Shown: one piece after another, positions 1 to 12,226 of the stretch
Position numbering within the stretch: position 1 is the first letter of the stretch
Layout of the letters: each line of letters starts with the position of its first letter
DNA from: Phycisphaerales bacterium
GTDB lineage: Bacteria > Planctomycetota > Phycisphaerae > Phycisphaerales > UBA1924
Reading direction: 5' to 3'
Length of the DNA stretch: 64,000 nucleotides
NCBI GenBank assembly: GCA_965232505.1
Contig: OZ246976.1
Coordinates: 1,694,757 to 1,758,756, forward strand
Position numbers and translations under genes: made by a program
Notes under the pieces: model-generated
Seen by the model: the letters and a program-made list of their open reading frames with translations, nothing else
Database searches by the model: none
Told to the model about the DNA's origin: nothing

Positions 1-860
1 TACGCGGGATCGGAGGGGTCGAGGGTTGAGTAGAGTGGTCCGGTATCGCCGTCGGCGAGGAGGAACTCGGCGAGGGCTTGGAGGAGTCGGTCACGCGTGA
101 ATGGTTTGCTGACGAGTCCTGAGGCGCCTGCCATTCTCATCTCGTCTCGGATTGTTTGTGAGGATTCGGAGGTCATGACGAGGACAGGGACGTCGATGCC
201 TTCGCAACGGAGACTGAAGAGGATGTCGATCGCGGAGTGCTCTCCGACCTGGAAGTCGGTGAGGATCAGCTCGCACCCCTTCTGGGCTCGGCTCACGGCG
301 GACTCTGGTGAATCGGCGACGCTGATCGTGAGACTGGTATCAACGAGGAGTTTGGTGAGGAGTTGTTGGTCGAGGTCTTCTCCGCTGATGAGCAGGACGG
401 TGCCGTGGAGTCCAGCGGGGTCGATGCATTCGAGCGAGTACGCTTCTTGCATCGGATCGAGTCCGAGGAGTTCTTTGGTGGAGATTTCTTGGTCGAACTT
501 GATGCCGATCTCGTGGACTTTGCCTCCGAGGTGATCGCAGCGTTGGACAGTGCCGTTCATGTCCAGGACGCCGCCCTCTTCGAAGCTCGCGGTGATGTGG
601 CACGACGATCCGGGGTAGATGAACGAGGAGTGGAGAATGGAGATCCCGCCTCGGGAGATGTTTCGTGTGGCGACTGGGAGGGTGACCTTTGATCCTGAGG
701 TGTGCTCGATGGTGAGGTCGGCGCGGACGACCCGGAACTGCCAGCGGACGAACTCTCGGCTTGGGTGTTTGCTCGTAGGGCGCTCGCGCTCGATCTTGTC
801 GAGCAGCGCGTGGAGTTCCCGGATACCGATCCGGAGTGTGTTGGTCTGACTTTCGTCCAT
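1..860 (-). CDS. PilZ domain / response-regulator receiver fusion protein (3' end runs off the window)
   Basis: Own translation of the minus strand from ATG (complement of 858-860): MDESQTNTLRIGIRELHALL... PilZ c-di-GMP motifs REFVR (RxxxR) and NISRGG (NxSxxG) are present. A receiver domain follows, with LILTD acceptor Asp and SKPF Lys. It is absent from the ORF track because the stop lies beyond position 1. Confidence 0.8.
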   Translation of the reverse strand, partial: MDESQTNTLRIGIRELHALLDKIERERPTSKHPSREFVRWQFRVVRADLTIEHTSGSKVTLPVATRNISRGGISILHSSFIYPGSSCHITASFEEGGVLDMNGTVQRCDHLGGKVHEIGIKFDQEISTKELLGLDPMQEAYSLECIDPAGLHGTVLLISGEDLDQQLLTKLLVDTSLTISVADSPESAVSRAQKGCELILTDFQVGEHSAIDILFSLRCEGIDVPVLVMTSESSQTIRDEMRMAGASGLVSKPFTRDRLLQALAEFLLADGDTGPLYSTLDPSDPA

Positions 861-1113
861 TGAGTCGATTCCGCCGAGTGTTGAAATGCACAGAGGTGCT
901 TTGTGAGTTCGCTTGGAGGGCTCATCGGGGGAAAGTCAATGGGGTCTTACTTGAACTGGATTTCGGGCGTCAAGTCGGGGATTTGCGGTCCGATACCCAC
1001 GATAAACGCGCCCGTTTATTCCGGAAAAACGGGGTACAGGGATCGCAGAATTGAGTCGCGGAACACCCTCAATGAGCGATGAGTTTTCGGTTATATGGAT
1101 GTGGCTTGCGGGA

Positions 1114-3930
<2,817 letters not shown>

Positions 3931-3965
3931 CTAAAGGCCTGAAATTGGGGTCTTTAGCGGGCGGA

Positions 3966-5255
3966 TTACGGGCGGATCTCGACGACGGAGACGCGCTCGG
4001 CGAGGAGTTCGTAGACCATCGCGATGTCGTCGTCGGCGAGGCGGACGCAGCCCATGGATTGGTCGCCTCCGATGGAATCAGGGTCGATGGTGCCGTGGAT
4101 GCCGTAGCCGGTGAGTGAGGCGTATTCGCCCACGCCGTCGAGTCCGAGCCAGTACTCTCCGATGGGGTTGCGTGGGTCGTCTGGGGTGTAGCGTTCGGAG
4201 GCGTCTCTTGGGTTGACCCAGCCTGGGTTTTCGAGTTTGTTGGTGGAGATGGTGAAGAGTCCGACTGGGGTGCCGTTGTCTTCTCCGAGTCCGACGTTGA
4301 AGGAGCGGATGTAGACCCAACCGGCGGGATCGTTCGGTGAGCCGTGGTAGAGGTCCATGCGGTGGTCGCGTTTGTGGACGATCGCGTGGAATGGGCCTCG
4401 GACGAGTTTGAGTGTTTGTCCGAGACGGATGCGTGAAGGGTTGGTGATGTTGTTGACGCGCTGGATGAGTTTCCAGTGGGTCGCGAGTTCTCGGCGAGAC
4501 GCGATGCGGGAGAGGGAGTCTCCGGACTGGACTTTGTATTCTTCGCACATCGGATCGTTTGGTGCGACGACTGGTCCGAAGAGGAGGACGTCGTTGATCG
4601 CGGTGAGCTCGCTGCGCAGACGCTGTGCGTCGCGCTGCGAGAGGTCGCGTGTGTTGAGGGTCTGGGAGAGCAGGCGACGCGCGGCGACGCGGTCGTTCTG
4701 GTCGATCATGCGCTGCGCGGTGTCGAGCTGGAGACGGAGTCGGTCAGCACCGTTGGCGGTGCTGGAGGGCTGATTGGCGGGTTGCTGGGTCGGTTGGTTT
4801 GTTTGGTTGGTCTGGTTGCGTGTTGCGTCGAGCAGTGATGAGGGGTCGGAGTTTGGGTTGTTCTGCGGCGAGTTGCTTGGAGTGTTTGTTTGCGGCTGGT
4901 TGAGGGGGCGGGTGATGGGCTGGGTGATTGGCTGGGTGGTCGGTTGATTGGAAGAGAGCGTGTTCTGGATTTCTTCTTGCGTGTTTGGTCGATCCCCTGA
5001 ACCTGGGAGGGTGCGGGATGGGGCGCTGTTGGAGAGCTCGATTGGTTGCTCGGTCTGTTCGCTGTTCGCTTGTTCAGCGCTTGGTTCGGTCGCGGTGGTG
5101 CTCTTTGGTTTGATGAGCGCGAACCAGAGGATCAGCGCCAGGGCGCCGACGACGAGGACAGCGGGGAGGAGCTTGCGGATGGGTGAGTTGCTGCTCCGGC
5201 GGTAGTGGACTGCGGAGGAGCGTGCGGAGCGTGACGATTGGCTTGGTAGACTCAT
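3966..5255 (-). CDS. LysM domain / L,D-transpeptidase (YkuD) protein with N-terminal membrane anchor and Q/P/T/N-rich linker
   Basis: LysM-like YKVQSGDSLSRIA...LGQTLKL. YkuD catalytic region GYGIHGT...SMGCVRL (His and Cys). TM segment LLPAVLVVGALALILWFALI. Confidence 0.85.
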   Translation of the reverse strand: MSLPSQSSRSARSSAVHYRRSSNSPIRKLLPAVLVVGALALILWFALIKPKSTTATEPSAEQANSEQTEQPIELSNSAPSRTLPGSGDRPNTQEEIQNTLSSNQPTTQPITQPITRPLNQPQTNTPSNSPQNNPNSDPSSLLDATRNQTNQTNQPTQQPANQPSSTANGADRLRLQLDTAQRMIDQNDRVAARRLLSQTLNTRDLSQRDAQRLRSELTAINDVLLFGPVVAPNDPMCEEYKVQSGDSLSRIASRRELATHWKLIQRVNNITNPSRIRLGQTLKLVRGPFHAIVHKRDHRMDLYHGSPNDPAGWVYIRSFNVGLGEDNGTPVGLFTISTNKLENPGWVNPRDASERYTPDDPRNPIGEYWLGLDGVGEYASLTGYGIHGTIDPDSIGGDQSMGCVRLADDDIAMVYELLAERVSVVEIRP

Positions 5256-5267
5256 CCGTGGTTCTCT

Positions 5268-5855
5268 TTATGCGTTCGTGTATGTGGCCGAGGGTGTGAT
5301 AACCATGTCCATTCGCTGGTCGTGCGGATCGGTTGGGATGCGCTCGACGATTTGTTCATCGAAACAGACACCAACGAGCGTGATTGGGGTATCGCTGCGC
5401 CGGCGTGCTTCGATCCATCGATCATAGAACCCCGCGCCGCGTCCGAGCCGACGTCCGTCTGGATCGAAACCCAGTCCTGGGATCAGCGCGAGGGTGATCT
5501 GGTCGTCAGGGATCGGTTTGCAGTCGATGCGGGGTGATCGGAGGTCGTATCGGCCAATTTGTAAATTGTTGTCCAGCGAATCAATTTGCACCGGTTGCAT
5601 GGTCTTGGTGTCCCAGTCGACGGCGGGAACGCAGATGGTTTTCTGTGCTTCGATGGCGCGATTGATGAACGGGTCGAGCGTGATTTCTTTGGGGAGCGAG
5701 GCGTACGCGAGGATGCACGCGTGCGTGAACAGGTCCGATTGAGTTATCCGTGTTGTGAGTGCTGCGGCGGCTTGGGCGCGCTGCTCAGTGCTCATCGCGC
5801 TGAGCGTTGCTTTGAGCGATCGGCGGAGCTGGGATTTGGTGGGTTGCTCATTCAC
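5268..5855 (-). CDS. 5-formyltetrahydrofolate cyclo-ligase
   Basis: Family motifs LIPGLGFDPDGRRLGRGAGFYDR and C-terminal DQRMD. There is a 4-nt overlap with the upstream rarA stop. Confidence 0.85.
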   Translation of the reverse strand: MNEQPTKSQLRRSLKATLSAMSTEQRAQAAAALTTRITQSDLFTHACILAYASLPKEITLDPFINRAIEAQKTICVPAVDWDTKTMQPVQIDSLDNNLQIGRYDLRSPRIDCKPIPDDQITLALIPGLGFDPDGRRLGRGAGFYDRWIEARRRSDTPITLVGVCFDEQIVERIPTDPHDQRMDMVITPSATYTNA

Positions 5856-7189
5856 GCTTTGGATTGTTTGGAGGCGCGGGCTTGTTCGAGGATCTGTTTG
5901 AGGATTTTTTCGGAGCCGACGTCTTTGGGTTCGTAGTAGCGTTTGGGGACTCCGAGGTAGTCTTGGCCGGTGAGTTGGTTGTCGGCGTTGTGGGAGTATT
6001 GGTATTTTTCGGTTTCGAGATCGCGGACGCGCTTTCCTGAGCCGTCGGTGTCGGATCGGGGTGAGGTGTTCCCGTCGCGGAGGTAGATGGGCACGGGGAT
6101 GACGCGGTCCTTGCGGACATCATCGAGCGCGGCGTCGATCGCGACGTACGCGGCGTTGGATTTGGGCGCGCACGCGAGGTAGGTGGCGCACTGCGCGAGT
6201 GTGATGCGTGCTTCGGGCATCCCGATGCGTTCGACAAGGTCCCACGCGGCTTGGGCGATCATGATCCCGCGTGGATCGGCGTTCCCGATGTCTTCGGACG
6301 CGAGGATCGCGAGCCGGCGCGCGATGAATCGGGGGTCTTCTCCGGCGTCGAGCATGCGAGCGATCCAGTAGATCGCGGCGTCGGGGTCTGAACCACGCAC
6401 GGATTTGATCATCGCGGAGATGGTGTCGTAGTGACCGTCGTCGCCGTAGGTCGCGACTTTTTGTTGGATGGAATCCTCGGCGAGTTGCTGATCGATGTGG
6501 ACTTTGCCCGGCGAGCTCGAAAGCACGGCGACTTCCAATGCGGTGAGTGCGCGGCGTGCGTCGCCTTCGGATTTGAGCGCCCAGACTCGGAGCGCGTCGT
6601 CGGTGATGGTGATCGTGTGGTTCGGGAAGGCGCGGGGGTTCTCGATCGCGTTGCGGATGAGTTGTTTGGTTTCTTCTTCGTTGAGTGATTCGAGGCGGAA
6701 GAGTGTTGAGCGCGAGATCAGCGCCGAGTTGACGGCGAAGAGTGGGTTCTCTGTCGTTGCGCCGATGAGGGTGATCAGTCCGCGCTCGACATCGGCGAGC
6801 AGGACGTCCTGCTGGGATTTGGAGAAGCGGTGGATTTCGTCGAGGAAGAGGATCGTGCGTTTGTCTTGGTCGGAGAGGATGCGTGACGCGTCGTCGATAA
6901 TCTCGCGGATTCGCTTCACTCCAACTGAGGCGGCGTTCTCGCGGACGAATCTACGCGAGGTTGCTTTGGCGATGACCTCGGCGAGGGTGGTCTTCCCGGT
7001 GCCGGGGGGGCCGTGGAGGATGACGGAGGTGAGGGTGTCGGCGTCGATCATTCGGCGGAGGAGTTTGCCGGGATCGAGGAGGTGGGTTTGTCCGACGATC
7101 TGGTCGAGTGATGCAGGGCGGACACGGACCGCGAGGGGTTCGACGGCTTTGAGTGCCGCGTCTCGGTTCGCTTTCCAGAGATCGTTCAT
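5852..7189 (-). CDS. rarA: Replication-associated recombination protein A (AAA+ ATPase)
   Basis: LHGPPGTGKTTLA Walker A, FLDEIHRF Walker B, GATTENP, and an MgsA C-terminal helical domain (DAAIYWIARML, EDIGNADP). Confidence 0.92.
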   Translation of the reverse strand: MNDLWKANRDAALKAVEPLAVRVRPASLDQIVGQTHLLDPGKLLRRMIDADTLTSVILHGPPGTGKTTLAEVIAKATSRRFVRENAASVGVKRIREIIDDASRILSDQDKRTILFLDEIHRFSKSQQDVLLADVERGLITLIGATTENPLFAVNSALISRSTLFRLESLNEEETKQLIRNAIENPRAFPNHTITITDDALRVWALKSEGDARRALTALEVAVLSSSPGKVHIDQQLAEDSIQQKVATYGDDGHYDTISAMIKSVRGSDPDAAIYWIARMLDAGEDPRFIARRLAILASEDIGNADPRGIMIAQAAWDLVERIGMPEARITLAQCATYLACAPKSNAAYVAIDAALDDVRKDRVIPVPIYLRDGNTSPRSDTDGSGKRVRDLETEKYQYSHNADNQLTGQDYLGVPKRYYEPKDVGSEKILKQILEQARASKQSKA

Positions 7190-7311
7190 ACGGGAAGTGT
7201 ACGGGTTTGGAATGCGGGGAATGATCGCTATTCTGTCCGCTGGGTGGTGATTTTTGAATATTTTGTGAAACAGGAAGGATCACTAGCTTTGCATTTGCTA
7301 ACATATTCCTG

Positions 7312-8103
7312 ATGTCTCCACTCTTTCTAGTTCTGATCGCCGCGGGTTGTCTCGTGGTTGGATTGATGATCGCGGGCGGTCAGCACGGGCGTTCAAAGCG
7401 TCCGCAAGTTGGTGTCTTCGATGGACTTATGTATCTGATCGGGTATCTGTACTCGCGGATTGTGCATCGCGTGGAGTTCGATGTCGAGGAGGGCGCGTTC
7501 GATGATCTGGACGGGCCCTTTATCGTGGTTTGCAATCACACGGCGGGGGTCGATCCGTTTTTGGTCTCTGCGGTGGTTCCGCGGCGGGTTCGTTGGTTGA
7601 TGGCTGAGGACATGCGCGTGCGTTGGCTCGCGCCGTTCTGGAACTGGGCCGGGATTATCTTTGTGGCGCGGAATCGGCACGGGCGATCGGGCATGCGGCG
7701 CGCTAAGGCGCACCTGCTTGAAGACGGCATGATCGGGATCTTCCCGGAAGGGAAGATCGAGCGCCCTGCGGAACGGCTGCTGCCGTTTGCTCCGGGGGTT
7801 GGTGTGCTGGTCAAGCGGACGAATGCGAAGGTGCTCCCTGTGGTGATCTCGGGGACGCCTTATACATCGACGGCGTGGGAATCGCTCTGGACTGGGTCCA
7901 ACGCTCGCGTGCGTGTGATGAAACCGATTGATTACAAAGAGATGGGGCTGGGGAACGCGGAGATCGCGCATGATCTGGAGCGTCGCTTCAAGGACTGGAC
8001 AGGGTGGGAGCTCGGGGCACGCAAGGGGCACGAGTCTAGCGACGAACAATCAGACGCGGACATCATTCATCAGTTGAGTGATGACGCTCGCGCGATTGCG
8101 TAA
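7312..8103 (+). CDS. 1-acyl-sn-glycerol-3-phosphate acyltransferase family protein (PlsC-like)
   Basis: NHTAGVDP (HxxxxD) and FPEGK motifs, with an N-terminal TM helix. Confidence 0.85.
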   Translation: MSPLFLVLIAAGCLVVGLMIAGGQHGRSKRPQVGVFDGLMYLIGYLYSRIVHRVEFDVEEGAFDDLDGPFIVVCNHTAGVDPFLVSAVVPRRVRWLMAEDMRVRWLAPFWNWAGIIFVARNRHGRSGMRRAKAHLLEDGMIGIFPEGKIERPAERLLPFAPGVGVLVKRTNAKVLPVVISGTPYTSTAWESLWTGSNARVRVMKPIDYKEMGLGNAEIAHDLERRFKDWTGWELGARKGHESSDEQSDADIIHQLSDDARAIA

Positions 8104-8110
8104 CGAAACT

Positions 8111-9730
8111 TCAACTATCGGTTAACTTGAGCAGCGCTTCGAGGCGTTGTTTGTGGATGTCTCGATCGGGCTCGATCTGGATGAGTGCTTTGAGCTGATG
8201 CTCGGCGGTGCTGTAGTCGCGGTTGAGCAGGGCCATGCGGGCGGCTTGTTCTCTTGTTGGTGCATCGAAGGGGGCGATGCGTGTGGCGCGGATCGCTTTG
8301 GTGAGTGCTTGCTGGGGCTGGCCGATCATTGCGTAGAGCTCGGCGAGTTGGTTTGCGTAGGCGGTGGTGTGGACCTCGCGTGCGTCGAGGTATTCGAGGT
8401 GGGGGATCGCGAGGGCTTGCTCGTCTGGTGATTCGGACGCGAGGTAGTGACGCGCGAGGCGTTTGTGGGGCATCTCGTCCTCTGGGCGCACGAGGATGGT
8501 GGCTTTGAGGAGTTGGAGCTGCTCGTCGCTGAGTTGATCGCCTTCGATGGAGAGGGCGAGTCCGAGTCGGAGGTTGAGCAGGTCGGGGTGATCGGGGTAC
8601 TGCTCGAGCAGGTCGTCGAGTTCGTCGAGTTTCGGGAGTCCCGCGGCGGGGTCGCCGAGGAGTTCATCGAGGGGTGGGAGGTCGTCAGGGCGCAGGAGTC
8701 CACGCGAACGGAGGTCCTCGCGTGCCCACTGCGTGAACTGGTCCATGAACTCGGATTGCGAGAGGTTGAGGACCTGCTCGAACGCTTCGGGCGCTGAGCG
8801 TCCGGTCGCGGAGCTGTCCATGATGTCGCGGGGGGCGGTGGGTCCGAAGCGTTCGACGATGAACTCGAACATCCACGCGCCTTGGGCGTAGGCGAGCGCG
8901 CGGTCGGTGGGTTTCTTGGGACGCACGAACGCGATGTTGATCGAATCAAGATCAAACAGCTCGTCGTTCTGTACTGCATTGGTGAGCAGTGACCACTGCG
9001 ATTGATCGCGCGGCGCATCCTCGTTAAACACGGCGTTCGCTTCGGTCATCCAGTGGATGACGCGGTTGCGCGTGCGCGAGAGGTTGACGGTGTGGGTGTA
9101 TTCGTGCTGGAGCACACGCGCCCAGTCGTAGTGTCCGGCTTTGGATTTGGGACCTTCGCGCGGGGACTCGAAGGCGATGACGGGGCCGGTTGAGGCGGCC
9201 ATGGTGTGGATGGAGGGCATGCCGCCGATGCGCACGGCGAACCACTCGTGGTTGGGCATGAGCTCGATGATGGTTTTGTCGGCTGGTTCGTGGTTCATCC
9301 CGCCTGGGAGATCGGAGCAGACGCGCTCGTGGATCGCTTCGAGGATTTCGGGCATCTCCCGCGCGAGCAGTTCATCGGATCCCGCTTTGTAGCGGATGAT
9401 GAAATGCTCGGTCTCGATGGTCTCGTAGGTCGCGAGCTCGGTGAGGAGCCGCAGCGAGTTCTGGGCGCGGAGGTTGAAGGGGTCGAGCTTGATCGCTTCG
9501 TCGAGCGCTTCGCGTGCGGCGTTGTCTTTCCCGGCTTGCACAAGCAACAGCCCGAGCTGAAGACGGGGCTCGCCCCAGTTGGGCGCGAGGTCGATCGCTC
9601 TGCGGAGGATCTCCGCGGCGACCGTGTATTGGCGGGATTCGGACAGGGTCTTGCCTACCCACACGGCGGCGGTGGGGGATCCTGGGAACAGATCGTCGTA
9701 ACGCTCGAGCAAGCGGTTGGTGGACGACAT
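8111..9730 (-). CDS. TPR-repeat protein with HExxH metallopeptidase-like core; probably the C-terminal part of a frameshifted longer gene
   Basis: HEYTHTV (HExxH) and TPR-like helical repeats at both ends. The same frame stays open and protein-like upstream to about 10009, with no ATG/GTG/TTG in that stretch (see finding). Confidence 0.7.
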   Translation of the reverse strand: MSSTNRLLERYDDLFPGSPTAAVWVGKTLSESRQYTVAAEILRRAIDLAPNWGEPRLQLGLLLVQAGKDNAAREALDEAIKLDPFNLRAQNSLRLLTELATYETIETEHFIIRYKAGSDELLAREMPEILEAIHERVCSDLPGGMNHEPADKTIIELMPNHEWFAVRIGGMPSIHTMAASTGPVIAFESPREGPKSKAGHYDWARVLQHEYTHTVNLSRTRNRVIHWMTEANAVFNEDAPRDQSQWSLLTNAVQNDELFDLDSINIAFVRPKKPTDRALAYAQGAWMFEFIVERFGPTAPRDIMDSSATGRSAPEAFEQVLNLSQSEFMDQFTQWAREDLRSRGLLRPDDLPPLDELLGDPAAGLPKLDELDDLLEQYPDHPDLLNLRLGLALSIEGDQLSDEQLQLLKATILVRPEDEMPHKRLARHYLASESPDEQALAIPHLEYLDAREVHTTAYANQLAELYAMIGQPQQALTKAIRATRIAPFDAPTREQAARMALLNRDYSTAEHQLKALIQIEPDRDIHKQRLEALLKLTDS

Positions 9731-9981
9731 CCGGTATCCCGCGGCGGCGGCGGATGCTTCCAGAGCGCGGAGCGTTGGGTGGTTGGGAAACTTTGCGAGC
9801 GCGGGGTCGAGCGCGAACTCGGCGCCCTCCGCGTCGCGGCGGCGCAGCGCGATGCGGGCGCGGATGATCGCGCCTCCGATGGAAACGCTCGGTGGGGCGT
9901 CTTGGTCTTGCTCCGTTATGCTTGCCGCGACGGCGTCGAGGGTGGATGCGAGACTCTCGGCGTTGTCGAAATCGAATCCGT

Positions 9982-10779
9982 CTACGGCGATCTGTCGAGC
10001 AGGAGCATCGGCTCAGCGGCGCGGGGGTTAAGGCGGAGCGATTCGATCGCGGCGGTGTGCGCTTCGCCGAGGTTGTGATGCTCGTACAGCAGGTGGGCCT
10101 CGGCATTGCGGACGCGCCAGTCGAGACGATCAACGCGATCGCGCGCCATCCCCAGAAGGGCTTCGATCGCTTCGTAGTCCACTTTGGCGCTAACCTGCGG
10201 GCTACGGAGACGCGTGAGCTTGATGAGGGCGTCGCATCCGATCGCGAGCGCTCCCGCGTCGTCGATGGTCTGGTTTGCGAGTGTGGATTCGATGATCTCA
10301 AGCTGCTCGATCGCTTGATCGATTTTGCCGAGCAGTTCGAGCGCGGAGGCGCGGATGAAGGCGGATTCGATGGTGGTGGTGTCTGTCTGCTCGATCAGGG
10401 TCAGCGCTTGTGCGGGATTACCGATCTCAAGTGCAGCGGCGGCGCGAAGGGGCAGCGGGGTATCGGGGTTGTCGAAGATGGGGTTGGCGAAGTCGTGGAG
10501 GTCGAGGGCGATCTGCGCGGCTCGTTTTGGGGTGTCGAGGTCTTCGTTGATCCACTGGCCATGCAGAACGCGGAGGTCGGCGCGTTCGTTCTCGGTGAGG
10601 AACTCGGCGTTGATGCGATCGAGCACGGCGCGGATGGTCTGCTCGCGTGTTTGCGGATCGGGTTCTTTGAGCTTGACGGCGCGGTCCTTGGGATCGACCG
10701 GCTCGATGGGCTGGGCGAGGGAAGATGCTGAGAGGACAGAGCCGGCGAGGAGGGCGAGGAGCGAACGGCTGATGCTCAT
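9982..10779 (-). CDS. Secreted TPR-like protein; probably the N-terminal part of the gene continuing at 8111..9730
   Basis: Signal peptide MSISRSLLALLAGSVLSASSLAQP and helical-repeat-like sequence. Its start overlaps the upstream gene's stop by 4 nt (10776-10779). The stop at 9982-9984 is followed by 250 nt that read as coding in another frame. Confidence 0.7.
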   Translation of the reverse strand: MSISRSLLALLAGSVLSASSLAQPIEPVDPKDRAVKLKEPDPQTREQTIRAVLDRINAEFLTENERADLRVLHGQWINEDLDTPKRAAQIALDLHDFANPIFDNPDTPLPLRAAAALEIGNPAQALTLIEQTDTTTIESAFIRASALELLGKIDQAIEQLEIIESTLANQTIDDAGALAIGCDALIKLTRLRSPQVSAKVDYEAIEALLGMARDRVDRLDWRVRNAEAHLLYEHHNLGEAHTAAIESLRLNPRAAEPMLLLDRSP

Positions 10780-11660
10780 GGCGTGGACTCGTTGATTCGG
10801 TCTTCGAGGGGTTTGGTGTCGATCAGTTGGTTTTGGTCGTCATCGGCATCGCCGCGCCAGACGGCGGTGTGCGTGCGCCATCCCGCTTCGGGGGGTGGGG
10901 TGGTGGTGTCGAAGAGGGAGTTGTCGAGCTCGATGTTGGTCTGGACGTCGAAGAGCTGGACGATCTGCAGGTCTCCGGTCCAGTCCGCTTTGACGTAGAG
11001 CATCGGGAGGAGGGAGGACTTGTCGAACCAGATGCGGACCCATTCCCAGTCGTCTTCGACTTTGGTGCCTGGCTTGGGGGTGAGCTTGATCTGCTGGGCG
11101 CCTTCGACGGTGGGCGCGAGGAACGAGAGCTCAGGAAAGTCGGGGTGGTCCATGAGTCCCGCTTCGTGATCGTGGAGCTCGATGTTGTAGGACTCGAAGA
11201 CGCGATCGGTGTTGCGTCCGAGCGAAACCCAGAATGGCGCTTCGCGCATGAGCTCCATCGGATCAAGTTCCTGATCCGCGGCGACGAGCTCGCGTTTGTT
11301 GAACTGCTTCTGGTCCGGGAGACGCTCGACGAACCAGCGTCCATCGAAGATGTAGTGCTCGCGGATGTCTTCTTGGCGATCGTCGATCTCCAGCAGATGG
11401 AAGCGTACGGCGTAGTCACGATGCTCGGCGTTGTACTGGTCGTCGCGGAGGGTGCGGAGGTAGAGGTTCCCGAGTCGTTTCTGGATGTCGGACTCGAGCG
11501 CCTGGATGACGGTGTATTGGACATCGCCGGTCATGGAGGTGACTTTGGTGTCCTGGTATGCGAGTTTGTCCATGAACGCTCGCGCGGGATCGACCTGAGG
11601 GGTCGAATCGGCGGCGGGCTGGAACGCGAGTGCGGTTGCGATGAGCAGGGCGTGGAGCAA
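10776..11660 (-). CDS. Secreted hypothetical protein, possibly LolA-like lipoprotein-sorting fold
   Basis: Signal peptide MLHALLIATALAFQPA. The pattern GDVQYTV...LGNLYLR...YIFDGRWFVE resembles LolA-like families. This rests on weak pattern recognition only. Confidence 0.6.
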   Translation of the reverse strand: MLHALLIATALAFQPAADSTPQVDPARAFMDKLAYQDTKVTSMTGDVQYTVIQALESDIQKRLGNLYLRTLRDDQYNAEHRDYAVRFHLLEIDDRQEDIREHYIFDGRWFVERLPDQKQFNKRELVAADQELDPMELMREAPFWVSLGRNTDRVFESYNIELHDHEAGLMDHPDFPELSFLAPTVEGAQQIKLTPKPGTKVEDDWEWVRIWFDKSSLLPMLYVKADWTGDLQIVQLFDVQTNIELDNSLFDTTTPPPEAGWRTHTAVWRGDADDDQNQLIDTKPLEDRINESTP

Positions 11661-11747
11661 GACAGACCTCGTTACTAGGCAAGAGTTCCTACATGGTATT
11701 CAACGCGTGAACCGCTGAATTGTTGCATTGCTGACGATGTACGACCA

Positions 11748-12200
11748 TTATGACGGATTCAGCGTGTCGATGGTCGCATCGGGGTCGCTCAGGTACAGCT
11801 CCGCGATCGCGGCGGCGGCGATCGCGTCGCGGCGTTTCTTCTTCTGCTTGTGCGTCAGTCCGGTCTGGGACATCTTGGAATCCGCAGCGACGGAGGTCCG
11901 GCGCTCATCGACGAGGATGATGGATCGATTGGTGTGGGCCGCGAGGCGCTGGGCGAAGTCTTTGACCAGCTTGGCTCGAGGACCCACGCTGTCGTCCATG
12001 TTGAGGGGGAGTCCGATGAGGATCTCGCAGTCGCTTGGTTCTGATGCGATCTCTTTGGCGAGTGCTTCGAGCAGGCGCTTCCCCTCGTCGTGATCGATGG
12101 GGACTTCGATGAGTCCAGCGGGGGAGGCGATGCTGGTGATCCGATCGGCGCGTGCGAGTCCGGTCCGCTGGTCACCAAGATCGATCGCGAGGATGCGCAT
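11748..12200 (-). CDS. ruvX: Putative pre-16S rRNA nuclease / Holliday junction resolvase-like protein YqgF
   Basis: MRILAIDLGDQRTGLA...ILIGLPLNMDDSVGPRA...VDERRTS. The start was chosen at the internal ATG (12198-12200). The ORF-track extension to 12338 is R/P/H-rich and overlaps manC. Confidence 0.88.
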   Translation of the reverse strand: MRILAIDLGDQRTGLARADRITSIASPAGLIEVPIDHDEGKRLLEALAKEIASEPSDCEILIGLPLNMDDSVGPRAKLVKDFAQRLAAHTNRSIILVDERRTSVAADSKMSQTGLTHKQKKKRRDAIAAAAIAELYLSDPDATIDTLNPS

Positions 12201-12226
12201 GGGCAAGTGTATGGCTGCTGAGCTCT

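Noticed and set aside
340-925. ORF-track entries 340-891(-) and 557-925(-)
   Set aside because: They are in the wrong frames. The third minus-strand frame encodes a clean PilZ-receiver protein starting at 860.
1003-1033. Hairpin CCCGTTT...AAACGGG downstream of gyrB as a terminator
   Set aside because: No U tract follows it on the minus strand, so support is insufficient.
4890-4965. Degenerate 12-nt tandem repeat (GGGTGATTGGCT-like, about 3 units) inside the L,D-transpeptidase gene
   Set aside because: It encodes the low-complexity TQPITQPITRP linker. It is too short and degenerate to call as a meaningful VNTR or contingency locus.
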